Part shown: positions 1-11,403 of the stretch, in pieces
How positions within the stretch are numbered: the stretch's first letter is position 1
Layout of the letters: each line of letters starts with the position of its first letter
Source of the DNA: Hypanus sabinus
Taxonomy: Eukaryota
DNA: 64,000 nt
NCBI RefSeq assembly: GCF_030144855.1
Contig: NC_082724.1
Coordinates: 9,362,001 to 9,426,000, forward strand
Reading direction: 5' to 3'
Program-made: the position numbers and the translations under genes
The notes under the pieces: model-generated
Told to the model about the DNA's origin: nothing
The model's input: the letters and a program-made list of their open reading frames with translations, nothing else
Database searches by the model: none

Positions 1-243
1 ATTGGGTTGAAAGAAAGGAACAAAGAATCAGGTGGCCTTCTGCCTTCATCATCTGCTGACCTGTGGACTGAAGCAGAGAAACTTCGACATTTGTTTGTCG
101 GTGCCATGTCTCTGCCTGTAATACCTCCGTATAAATAGGTGACTTTACCAAATGGGATTTTGAAAGGTGGTAGTCTGATTATAGATCTGCTTCGTCTACT
201 GTTCCTGTTAGCTATCACTTTCTGTCCATCACCCAGACATCCT
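1..243 (-). CDS. Possible coding exon running off the window edge (CLGDGQKVIANRNSRRSRSIIRLPPFKIPFGKVTYLYGG...DSLFLSFNP)
   Basis: About 80 codons open by manual translation in unique sequence; no family recognised. Confidence 0.3.
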
Positions 244-3200
244 GACTATCAATACTTCACAGAACAAGTATTGAACATTGGATGGTACTGTATGAAGGTA
301 GTCTTTCTGGGTTCAGTAACCGGGAGAGAGATCCATTTTTCATCATGTGAACATTGTTCTGTCCTCTGTGACCATTCTTGACCAGATTTTATTTGTACCT
401 ATTTATTTCAACCGTTTCTTAGATAAACATAACTACGCAAGCACTTACACACAAACGACTGCTTGGTTGTAGACTTTACAACATCTCATGGCAGATGCAG
501 TGTGAGTAATTGTCAAAGCACTTGCTTGGAGACTGGTTCCAGGTGGCATCAACCAAATGTTCAGCTGTGGAGTGAATTTAGAGCAGCACATGACATTCTT
601 GGCCTTTACTCTGACCAGTTATGGAGAAGTATGAAATTGTTCTAACCTATTGCAGCTCGGGGCATCAGGAGTTCAATTCCAAGGTCCTCTTTAAGACCTT
701 CCTGTGAGCAGTTACACTGGCTTCCTCCCACCAGTCGGTAGGCTAATTGTTCATGGTAGATTGTCCTATGATTAGGTTGGGGGATAGCGTTGCTTGTTGG
801 ACCACAAGGGCCTGTTCCGCATTGCATCTCGAAATAATAGTATTCTTTTCCGTAAGTCAGAGCATCTCTAAGTAGACAGTGGCATGTATCTCTGTTGAAT
901 TATCAGCAGTGAAGAAACAAAGATCCATGAATCTCCACACTGATGAGGAAATTTTCAGCTAATATGAAATATTACTGCTGACCGTTAAGGATCTCTGTCC
1001 ACAACACCGCCTACAATTTTTGACCCCAATATTTCTACTTGTTTTTTTCTCATGGAGCTCATTTGTTCCTGATTCAAGCATTTTTCTTCCCTCATCCAAA
1101 TCTTTTGCCCAGCTACATTCAGACACACTGCACCATGTCCATAATTTCCAGGCCCTGACATTCTCCTTTTCATTATCAGTATCCGGTCCATGTACCAGCA
1201 CTTTGATATAAAAAGACTCAGTTCCATTTGTCTCTGCAAACGAAAGGTGTTATGGAATCCAAACAAGTCTTGGCTGTGCCTGGCTTTTATGGGGCACGTG
1301 GAACATTTTTCATTCCATTCCCATTCCCATTCAAGTCCTCTGTCTGTTTTTGGTTCATTCAGTTTTGCTTTCACCATTAAGTAAAATGGCGAAAAATGAC
1401 TGTTTTGACCACATCTTCTCTCACCTTCATATAATCTATCCATATAATTTCCCTAACTTCCTGTTCTGTGGTCCTGGGACTTTGTTGTCAATCATTATCC
1501 AAATCTACTTTGGCCATTCTCCACAATGTTTCCTGTGAGGCTTATATCATCGAGCACTATAGCACAAAAACAGGCCCTTTAGCCCATCTAGTCCATGCCA
1601 AACTTATTCTGCATACTCCCATCAACCTGCACCTGGACCATAGCTCTTCTTACCAGTCCCATCCACAAACATTTCCAAACTTACTTTTAAGTGTTGCAAT
1701 CAAGCTCACAGTGACCAGTTCTGCTGCCAGCTCATTCCACACTCACACCACCCTTGGAGCTGTTTCCCTTTAAATATTTCACTTTTCACCCTTAACCTAT
1801 GACCTCTAGTTCTAGACTCACCCAACTTAAGTGGAAAATGCTTGCTTGCGTTTACCCTATCATCATCATTACGTGCCTTGTCATAGGTGATCACGGTCTT
1901 GGCAATTTTTTCTACAGAAGTGGTTTACCATTGCCTTCTGGGCAGTGTCTTTGCAAGGCAGGTGACTGCCAGCCATTATCAATACTCTTCAGAGATTATC
2001 TGCCTGACGTCAGTGCTCGTATAACTAGGATTTGTGATAAGCACCAGCTGCTCCCATGGCTTCACATGACCCTGATCAGAGGGGGCGGCGGGGGCTATGC
2101 AGGTACCACACCTTGTCCAAGGGTGACCTGTAGGCAAGTGGAGGGAGCAGTGCCTTACACCTTTAGTAAAGACATATCTTCAACCCTATCTATACTCATA
2201 ATTTTATATACTGACCTTTAACAAGTGCTCCAACATGCACTTTTGACTTTTTCCATAAAATGGGCCCTTTTTCTTTACTAACCCTATATCCAGATGAAGA
2301 TTTATAAAGTTCAATCAGTTAATGGCATATGATGTACTGTGGGATATTTTGCAGTGCAGGTTTGTAACCGGGCAACACACCACGCAGCATCCACACAAAT
2401 GAGATTTCTCAATTTGGCAGGGCCAGAAGTTGTTTTCCCCTAGACAAACACATGCTGGCCAAGCCTGAGGGTTACATAGATATACTTAAAAAGTTAAATA
2501 AGTAGTGCAGAAAGAAGGGGGGAGAAAGCAACACACAAAGTACCGGAGGAACTCAGCAGGTCAGGCAGCATCTATGGAAAAGAGTTTCAACAACGGTCGA
2601 AGTCTTGGGCTGAGACCCTTCTTCAGGACTGAAAGGTGAGGGGGAAGACGGCAGAATAAAAAGGTGGGGAGGGGAAGGAGGCTAGCCAGAAGGTGATAGG
2701 TGAAGCCAGGTGGGTGGGAAAGGTCAAGAGCTGGAGAAGAAAGAATTCGATACTGATTTTTTAAAAAGTAGTGAGGTCGTGTTCATGAGTTTAATGTCCA
2801 TTCAGAAACCTGATGGTAGAGGGAGAAGAAGCTATTTCTGCAACAGGAGCAGCAGCAAGTGGAAGGATCCTAACTCAGCTGGATTCAAACAGGGCTTGAG
2901 TGGAGTTTGCATGTTCACAGTGACTCTCAAATTGTCTGGTTTTATCCCACATCTGGTGGTTTAACAAGCTTCTGTACACTATAAACACAAGAGATTCTGC
3001 AGATGCTGGGAATCCAGAGAAATACACTCAAAATGCCGGAGGAACTCAGCAGGTCGGGCAGCATCTATGGAAAAGAATTAACAGTGTTTCAGACTGAGAC
3101 CTTTTTTCAGGACAGAGAAGGAAGGAAGAAAGGCACCATTATACTTGGAGAATATATTGCAGGGAAACTAAAGAGAATAATAGTGATGAGGTTTCTCTGC

Positions 3201-3879
3201 TGAGAGCCAGCATGAATCCCATGGGCTGAGTGGCCTATTACAACTAAAAAAAATTTCTGGAGCTGAAAGCAAAAAGGGTCAACATTGCAACTGGGGCTGA
3301 TAAACACCCCCAAACATCACAATAATGCAGGTACAGACAACTTGGTGCCTTAAAGGCAGAAATAAGGACCCTGAGCAACACCTGTGGCACAAAGACAGAC
3401 AGAGATGGAGGACCTTCATTGCTACCCTAAGCACCAGTGGTGTAACAGGCAGTAAGTAAATCTGCCCCTCCTCTGTAGTGTCTTGCTTAACACTCATTTT
3501 CATTATCTAAGTACCTAACACATTAACTTTTGTCGTTCACAGTGAGAAACTATTCAGACGTTGATAAGAGTATAATGTAAATTAAACTTGGTTACATTTA
3601 ACAAAGTATAATTAATGCTGCCCAATTAGTGTTTGAAAAAGACAAGTCATGCAGTGACAATGTTCTAATGTTATATTTCATGCCCTTAAGAACCTCTCAT
3701 GCAAGTACAAAAAGATTTGCTTAGTGTTACCAAGGATGTCCCGGAACGATGTTTTGGAAAGAGAGTCAAGTTCATACACAGGAAGCTCCCACAAACAGCA
3801 TTACAACAGGCAAATAATCTGTAGAAATAATGAATCATGGATAAACATGGGCTTGGGTGTTTGACAGTCTGTTTTTAGA

Positions 3880-4420
3880 AATATAGAAAACCTACAGCAC
3901 AATACAGGCCCTTCGGCCCACAACATGTCCCTACCATAGAAATTTCCTAGGATTTACCCATTGCCCTCTATTTTTCTAAGCTCCACGTACCCATCCAAAA
4001 GTCTCTTAAAAGACCCTATTGTATCCACCTCCACCACCGTTGGAGCCCATTCCACGCACTCAACACTCTGAGTAAAAAACTTAACTCTAACATCTCCTCT
4101 GTACCTACTCCCCAGCACCTTAAACCTGGGTCCTCCTGTGGCAACCATTTCCATCCTGGGAAAAAGCCTCTGACTATCCACACGATCAATGCCTCTCATC
4201 GTCTTATACACCTCCGTCAGGTCACCTTGCATCCTCCGTCGCTCCAAGGAGAAAAGGCCGAGTTCACTCAACCTATTCTCATAAGACATGCTCCCCAATC
4301 CAGGCAACATTCTGGTAAATCTCCTCTGCACCCTTTCTATGGTTTCCACATCCTTCCTGTAGTGAGGCGACCAGAACTGAGCACGGGACTCCAAGTGGGG
4401 TCTGACCAGAGTTTTAAATA
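3880..4420 (-). mobile_element. CR1 3' fragment
   Basis: QFWSPHYRKD..ERVQRRFTRMLPG..LFSLERRR ORF2 C-terminus; similar fragments near 10530-11050, 13490-13890, 25050-25650, 30010-30400, 40080-40870, 43450-43850, 55000-55680 and 59030-59500. Confidence 0.85.
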
Positions 4421-4877
4421 GGTTCTTTAGGGTTTCTTTGTTTCATGGCTGCCTGTAAGGAGAAAAATCTCAAGGTTGTATAATGTATACTTACTTTGAT
4501 AATAAATGTACTTTGAAATTTGAACTACGATTCAACCACAATGCTCCAAATTCAGTGTCACCTGACATGCAGACTGCATAAAGGCTATAGAATCCATAGC
4601 AATGCACACAAAATGCTGGAGGAACTCAGCAGGACAGGCAAAGGGTAAACTATTGACATTTCAGGCCAAGACCCTTTGCTGTGAAATGTGCTGTTTTGTG
4701 GCAGCAAGACAAAAGATTAATTTACAATAAAAATTAGCGTAGAAGAGGAATAGAGAGGTAGTATTCATGGGTTCATGAACACCATAGGAAAAAATGTGCA
4801 ATAAATGTCCAGGGTTGAGATTTTTTTACAAGGACAACGCAGAATGCTCTGCTTCGTGATTTATCGTTCTATAAATA

Positions 4878-5080
4878 CGGGCAGCACTGTAGCATAGTGG
4901 TTAGTGTAACGCTATACAACGCAGTGATTATGGTTCAAATCCCGTCGCTGCCTGTAAGAACTTTGTAGGTTCTCCCCATAATTGCATGAGTTTCCTCTGG
5001 GTGCTCTAGTTTCCTCCCACATTACAAAGACATATTAGTTAAGAGGTTAATTGTGCCAGATGGGCCAGTTACTGTGCCAT
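4878..5080 (+). mobile_element. tRNA-derived V-SINE (HE1-like)
   Basis: A-box TAGCATAGTGG, B-box GGTTCAAATCC, central ttctcccc..gtttcctc..ggtgctc..gtttcctcccac domain; further copies near 5305, 12008, 20226 (+) and 24700, 31250, 36450, 50340, 56100 (-). Confidence 0.75.
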
Positions 5081-5721
5081 CTCTAAAATAAAGAGGAATA
5101 AAATAATATAAAAAATCTGGGATCCTATGTTCCAATTCTTCAAAATTCCCATTGGTTTGACACCTGCCTCACAAGCTGCCCATTCCTTTTCAGACACCAG
5201 GACTCTTGTTCTTGCACTCCCTTCAAGCTCACTGGAGCCCTGGTCTGTGCCTCATTTAAGCTGTGTGTTCAAGCCTCACCTAGAGCACATGTGTTTTTGG
5301 GCACGGCATGGTAACCCAACTCTATTACAGTACCTGCGATCCAGATTCAATTCCACCGCTGTCTTGTACATTCTCCCCGTTACTGCGAGGGTTTCCTCCG
5401 GATGCTCCGATTTCCTCCCACATTCGGAAGACGTACAGACTGGTCACATGGGTGTAATTGGGCAGCATGGGAGGACATGCTGTATCTCTAACCAAAATAT
5501 CCTGACACTCGGTTCACTCAGAGACATGACTGCAACCTGTCAAAGAGCGGGATCATTCCATTCACTGGACAGAATATGGTAAGGACAGTGTTTATTGCTC
5601 ATCCCCGCTACCCTTAAGGAGCTGGTGTGAATCAACTTCAACTACTGTTGGCCCTCTAGTGAAGATGCATCCAATGCCCTTTTGGTAGGGGGTTTCAGGA
5701 CTTAGATTCAGCAGTGATCTT

Positions 5722-6080
5722 GAGTGGCAGGGTGGAGATAACTCTCTACCAAAGGAGGTGTAAGGCACTCCTTCCCTCTGCTAGCCTGCAGGGCACCTTT
5801 AGGCAAGATGTATCACCTACTTAACCTCCTGACTGAGGTCTGGTGAAGCCATGGGAGCAGGTGGAGGATGGTCGTATGACCACAAGTCCTGGTTATGTGA
5901 CCACTGATACCAGGCAATCTCTGAGGAGTATTGATAATGGTTGGGGTCACCCATCTTGTAAAGACACTGCCCAGAAGGCAATGGCAAACTATTCCTGTAG
6001 AAATATTTGCCAAGAACAGTCATGGTCCTGAGACCACGATCACCCCATATGACATGCTACATACTGATGGTGATGATGAA
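5722..6080 (+). mobile_element. Short repeat with RTE-type 3' end
   Basis: gaaggcaatggcaaac(c)act-like motif and (gat)n tail; other copies at 1860-2185 (-) and 42443-42800 (+). Confidence 0.6.
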
Positions 6081-7429
6081 TGAAGAAACAAGGATGTATT
6101 TGCCAATCAAGATAGAGACACAAGACTAGAGATATTGGAATCTAGAGCAGCACACAAAATGCCAGAGGAAATCAGCAGGTTAGGCAGCGTCTATGGAGGG
6201 ACAATAAATCAAACATGGGATTCTGCAGATGCCTAGGAATCTTGAGCAACACACTTAAGATGTTGGAGGAACTCAGACGGTCGGGCAGCATCTACAGAGG
6301 GGAATAAACAGGCAACATCTTTGGCCAAGACCCTACATCAGGACTGGAAAGGAAGGGGGCAGAAGACAGAATAATAACATGGTGGGGGGGAAGGGAGTAC
6401 AGATGATAGGTGAGACCAGCTGAGAGGCAAAGTGGTGACTGGGGAAGGGGGGATGGTTAGAATCTGGGAGGGGATAGGTGGAAGAGGTAAAGGGCTGAAG
6501 AAGGAATCTAATAGGAGAGGACAATGGACCAAGAAGAAGGTGAAGCAAAGGAAGGAGACTGGCCGAAGAGGTGAGAAGGTGGCAAATGAGAAGAATCTTG
6601 TGTGTTCTTCTGATTCCAGTATCTGCAATCTCCTCTGTCTTAGTTCCTGAGTTCCTCCAGCACCTGACATGTACATCCAAATCAAGCTGGCACGCAGCAT
6701 GGAGAAGAACCTGTTGGTGGCATTTCCCATCCATCCGGTAAAAGTCACTGGTCTGGGAGCCTGGGTGAGGAACTGCAGCGTATTTTGTAGACACTACAGA
6801 AGAAATGAGTAGCTGATAAAGTAAGGTTTAGCATGGTGGACGGAGTGTCTAATCAAGCCCATAGGAAAATGTGGGGTATGAACATCCTTCAGCTCCACTC
6901 AACTGGTTTCCCCTTAGCCTGTTCACTCGGGGCCAGGTTATTCCGTGAGCAACACAACGAAATGCTGGAGGAACTCAGAAAGTCAGGCTACATCTAAGGA
7001 GAGGAATAAACAGTCGACATTTTGAGCAGAGGCCCTTTCTGGCCCAAATCACTGGCTGTTTATTCCTCCATACCTGACCTATTGAGTTCCTCCAGCATAT
7101 TGTGCATGTTGCTTAAGACTTCCAGCAAATGCAAATCCCGCAGGCTGGGCTGGGTTAATCAGACCCAAACAATCTGAGTGTCCAACAGATGTGGTAATAA
7201 GCATAAAGGCACAACAAAATAACTTAAGCCTGATTATCATAAAACAGAAAGCACAAATAAAGCGCTCAAAATTCTATGTAGGAAGTTATAAATATTTCAG
7301 GGCTCTTGATATGTAGTCTCCACTTGATTGTCACTGTTGGTGGGGATCTCCCAATTCTGACTCATGAGATCATCCTGAGTCCGTCCTGGACATCGGTTGA
7401 TTGCGACCCCTCGGTCTAGGACTTACCTG

Positions 7430-8145
7430 CAGGGATTGCTCCCTCTGAGATTCCCTCATCCATTTGACCCTTCCCATTAATCTCCCTCCAGACACTCATC
7501 CCTGTAAACAGCCTAAGTGCTGTACCTGCACGTACACCTCCTCCCTCACCTCCATTAAGGGCCCCAAATAGTCCTTCCACATGAGGCAACTTTTGACCTG
7601 CGAACCTGCTGGGGTCATCTATTGTATCCAGTGCTCCCGAAGTGGCCTCCTCCACATTGGCGAGACCCTTCATAAATTGGGGGAACTGCTTTGTCAAGCA
7701 CCTCCACACCATCCGCCACAAGCGCGACTTCCCAATAGCCAAACATTTTAATTCCCATTCCCATTATGAAATGATGGTCCATGGCTTCCTCTTGTGCCCA
7801 GAGGAGGCCACCCTCAGAGCGGGGGAGCAACACCTTGTATGTCGTCTGGGTAGCCTCCAACCCGATGGCATGAATTTCCATCTCATCCCAGTTAAAAAAA
7901 AATCCACCCCCCGCCCATTCCCGACACTGACCTTTTACTTCCTCTCACCTGCCTAATACTTCCCCCTGGGTCTTCTTCTCCTGCCCTTTACCTTTCCCAC
8001 CTATCACCTTCCATCTAGCCTCTTCCCCTCCCTATCCCCACCAGTTCATTCTGGCATTCTCAGTCCTGAAGAAGGATCTGAACCGTCCACTGTTTATTAA
8101 TTTCCATAGGTACTACCTGACCTGCCAAGTTCCTCCAGCATCTTG
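7430..8145 (+). mobile_element. Penelope-like element fragment (GIY-YIG endonuclease end + terminal repeat)
   Basis: VIYCIQC..HIGET, HFNSHSH, EQHLVCRLGSLQPDGMN; pyrimidine tract, then a decayed hammerhead-like motif. Confidence 0.75.
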
Positions 8146-9268
8146 TCAGAATCAGGTTTATTATCACCGGCATGTGACATGGACTTTCTTAACTTAGCAG
8201 CAGCAGTTCGATGCAATACATAATCTAGCAGAGAAGAACAATAAATAATAATATATAAACAAGTAAATCAATTACAGTATATGTATATTGAATAGATTTT
8301 TTTTTAAGTGCAAAAACAGAAATACTGTATATTAAAAAATACTGCATTTTTTTTTAAAGTGAGGAAGTGTCCAAAGATTCAAAGTCCATACAGTAATCAG
8401 ATGGCAGAAGGGAAGAAGCTGTTCCTCAATTGCTGAGTGTGTGCCTTCAGGCTTCTGTACCTCCTACCTGATGGTAACAGTGAGAAAAGGGCATGCCCTG
8501 GGTGCTGGAGGTCCTTAATAATGGACTCTGCCTTTCTGAGACACTGCCCCCTGAAGATGTCCTGGGTACTTTGTAGGCTAGTACCCAAGATGGAGCTGAC
8601 TAGATTTACAACCTTCTGCAGCTTCTTTCAGTTCTGTGCAGTAGCCCCTCCATACCAGACATTGATGCAGCCTGTCAGAATGCTCTCCACGGTACAACTA
8701 TATAAGTTTTTGAGTGTATTTGTTGATATGCCAATAAAGTATAGCCGCTGTCTTGCCTTCTTTGTAACTACATCAATTTGTTGGGACCAGGTTAGATCCT
8801 CAGAGATCTTGAAACCCAGGAACTTGAAACTGCTCACTCTCTCCACTTCTGATCCCTCTATGAGGATTGGTATGTGTTCCTTCATCTTATCCTTCCTGAA
8901 GTCCACAATCAGCTCTTTCAGCTTACTGATGCTGAGTGCCAGGTTGTCGCTGTGGCCCCACTCCACTAGTTGGCATATCTCACTCCTGTACACTCTCTCG
9001 TCACCACCTGAGATTCTACCAACAATGGTTGTATCGTCAGCATATTTATAGATGGTATTTGAGCTATGCCTAGCCACACAGTCATGTGTACATAGAGAGT
9101 AGAACAGTGGGTGAAGCACACACCCGAGGAGCGCCAGTGTTAATCATCAGCGAGGGAGTTATGTTATCACCAATCTGCATAGATTGTGGTCTTCCAGTTA
9201 GGAAGTTGAGGATCCAATTGCAGAGGGAGGTACAGAGGCCCAGGTTCTGCAACTTCTCAATCAGGAAT
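8146..9268 (-). mobile_element. Rex1/Babar-type LINE 3' fragment
   Basis: LCNWILNFLTGRPQ, THDCVA..KYADDTT, KKARQRLYF, LLPSGRRYRS motifs; aataaacctgattctga tail. Confidence 0.85.
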
Positions 9269-9354
9269 GAGTTGATCTGCAAAACCCGTTGTGTTTATGA
9301 TGTTCCATGATCATCGTTACCTCTGTCCTGCAGAATTCCTTCACTTCAGCAAAG

Positions 9355-9654
9355 CACACAGGATCAGTAGTGAGTAGCACACACAAAATGCTGGGGGAGC
9401 TCAGCAGGTCAGGCAGCATCTAAGGAAAGGAATAAACAGTTGACGTTTTGAACTGAGACCCTTCCTCAGGTAAACCTTGCGGGTGCTTGGTGCTCGATTC
9501 AGGTCCAGAGGGTCAGTAATGAATCTGCTTCATATGGAAGTAAATCCCATGGGTGCTGGGTGCCCGACAGTGCTGTGAATCACACGCCGGATCAGTAGTG
9601 AAGCTGCTTCATGGGAAAGTAAACCCCGTGTGTGCTCTACGCTCGATAGTGCTG
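9355..9654. repeat. Diverged 70-79-bp tandem repeat (3 units; the third is split by a Penelope-derived insert)
   Basis: gg(a/g)tcagta(g/a)tga starts at 9361, 9510 and 9589; gtaaa...gtgc...gc(t/c)cga recurs in each unit. Confidence 0.75.
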
Positions 9655-10137
9655 AGACTGGCGCAGAGCTAGCTGGAAGAAGGAGAAGGTGAAGTTGCGG
9701 CTGAAGCTGAGGTTGGAGATACTCTGCACTGGGGGCAGCTTCCCGCCTGTTCGCACTTTGCCCCTCGGCTTCCTGCGGCCCCAGTCCTCCTTTCCACTTC
9801 TCCGAGTCAGAGACGCCTTGACCATGTTGGGTGCTGAGCCTCCCATTCCTGCCTGCCCGCCCTGGCCTCCACCAAGGTTGTTCCCCTTGTTGAGGCTGGC
9901 AGAAGGGCTAGACCGAAGTTCAGAGGGGTTGCACAGTAGACAGCAGCGCGATCCGGTGTGGCCTAGGAAGAGGTCCCGCGACTGTGGAATGAGGCCGAGA
10001 GAGGAGTCCAGGGACGAATCCCCAACCCATGGTGTGATACCCCCACTGCTGTGCTCTTTGCCTCTCTTTAAACATGGTGCTGACCATGGAGGTGGCTTCA
10101 CCATTTGGGCTGGTGGTTTCTTCCAAGGGACTGTTCC
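9637..10137 (-). CDS. Putative terminal coding exon of an unidentified gene (ORF ending KLPPVQSISNLSFSRNFTFSFFQLALRQSQHYRA)
   Basis: Non-repetitive, GC-rich, 155-aa ATG ORF (10104) open upstream to a ttcttgtgaacag| acceptor; no family recognised. Confidence 0.5.
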   Translation of the reverse strand, partial: GTVPWKKPPAQMVKPPPWSAPCLKRGKEHSSGGITPWVGDSSLDSSLGLIPQSRDLFLGHTGSRCCLLCNPSELRSSPSASLNKGNNLGGGQGGQAGMGGSAPNMVKASLTRRSGKEDWGRRKPRGKVRTGGKLPPVQSISNLSFSRNFTFSFFQLALRQSQHYRA

Positions 10138-11365
10138 TGTTCACAAGAAATAGAGACACAAGAAACTGCTGGTGCTGGAATCTGGAACATTAAACAATCT
10201 GCTGGAGGAATGCAGCAGGTCAGGCAGCATTTATAGACACAGAGGGATGATCAACATTTTAACTCCAGACTCTACACCAGGAATGTAATGCTGCCAGACC
10301 CGCTGAGTTGCTCCAGCAGACTGTTTTGTGACTGAATTATTGCTTTTAGTATAGTTAATAAACTTCAGACAAGTTAACTCAAATGTTCAACACCTTTCAA
10401 CACAAATACAGTGTGGTGTACTGAATGTTTCCAGTACTTTCTGCTTTTCATTATGATCAAAGTTCTCTGCTTGTTCTATTTATTCTTTCACATTCTTAAA
10501 CACCTCATCAACATGCACTGCCAGTTGATAGGATCGGTAAGAAGGCACGTGATGTTGGCCCTCATTAGTCCGGGGGAACTGAGTTCACTAGCCACAAGGC
10601 TGCTCTGTAAAACTCTGGTCAGACCACACTTCAAGTATCATGTTCCGTTCTGGTCATCTCAGTAAGGATGTGGAAGCTTTAGAGAGGGTGCAGAGGAGAT
10701 TTACCAGGTTGCTCCCTGGTAAAGCAAGAGTTGAGTTTGGAAGTCAAGAAGGTACATTGCAACTTTATTAAACTCTGATTAGACTGGATATGGAGTATTG
10801 CAATAATTTTTGGTCACCTCATTACAGAAAGGATGTTGAGGCTTTGGAGTGGGTGCAGAAGGGATTCACCAGGATGCTGCTCGGATTAGAGGCTATGTGC
10901 TATAAGGAAAGGTTGGACAAACTAAGGTTGTTTTCTCTGGAACAGCAGAGGCTAAAGGGAAGCCTGATAAGATTATTGAGGGGCATAAATAGACAGCCAG
11001 TATCTTTCTCCCAAGGTCAAAATGTCCAATACTAGAAGGCATGAATTTAAAATAAGCTACATTCAAAAGAAGAGTGTAGGTGGAGGAGCAACACCTTATA
11101 TCCTGTCAGGGTAGCCTTCAATCCAATGGCAAGAGTATCCATTCTCCTTCCAGTTAAAAAATATTTTTCCTCCCTACTTCTATTCCCAACTTTGGCCTCT
11201 TACCTCTTATCACCTTCCCCAGGTCTCCTCCTCCTCCTTCCCTTTCTCCTTTAACCCATTCTCCTCTCCTATCAGATTCCTTCTTCTCCTACACACCTAT
11301 CACCTTCTAGCTATTACCCTTCCCCTCCCCCTACCTTTTTATTCTGGCATCTTCCTCTCCCTTTC

Positions 11366-11403
11366 TAATCCTGAAGAAGGGTCTCCGACCGAAACTTTGA
11401 CTG
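11366..11403 (+). ncRNA. Minimal type-I hammerhead ribozyme-like motif (degenerate copy) in a Penelope-like terminal repeat
   Basis: CTGAAGA - GGTC/GACC stem II - GAAA - ctt - GACTG; cleavage triplet mutated in this copy. Confidence 0.6.

Noticed and set aside
4878-4950. tRNA-like A/B boxes
   Set aside because: SINE heads followed by V-SINE body; no complete cloverleaf
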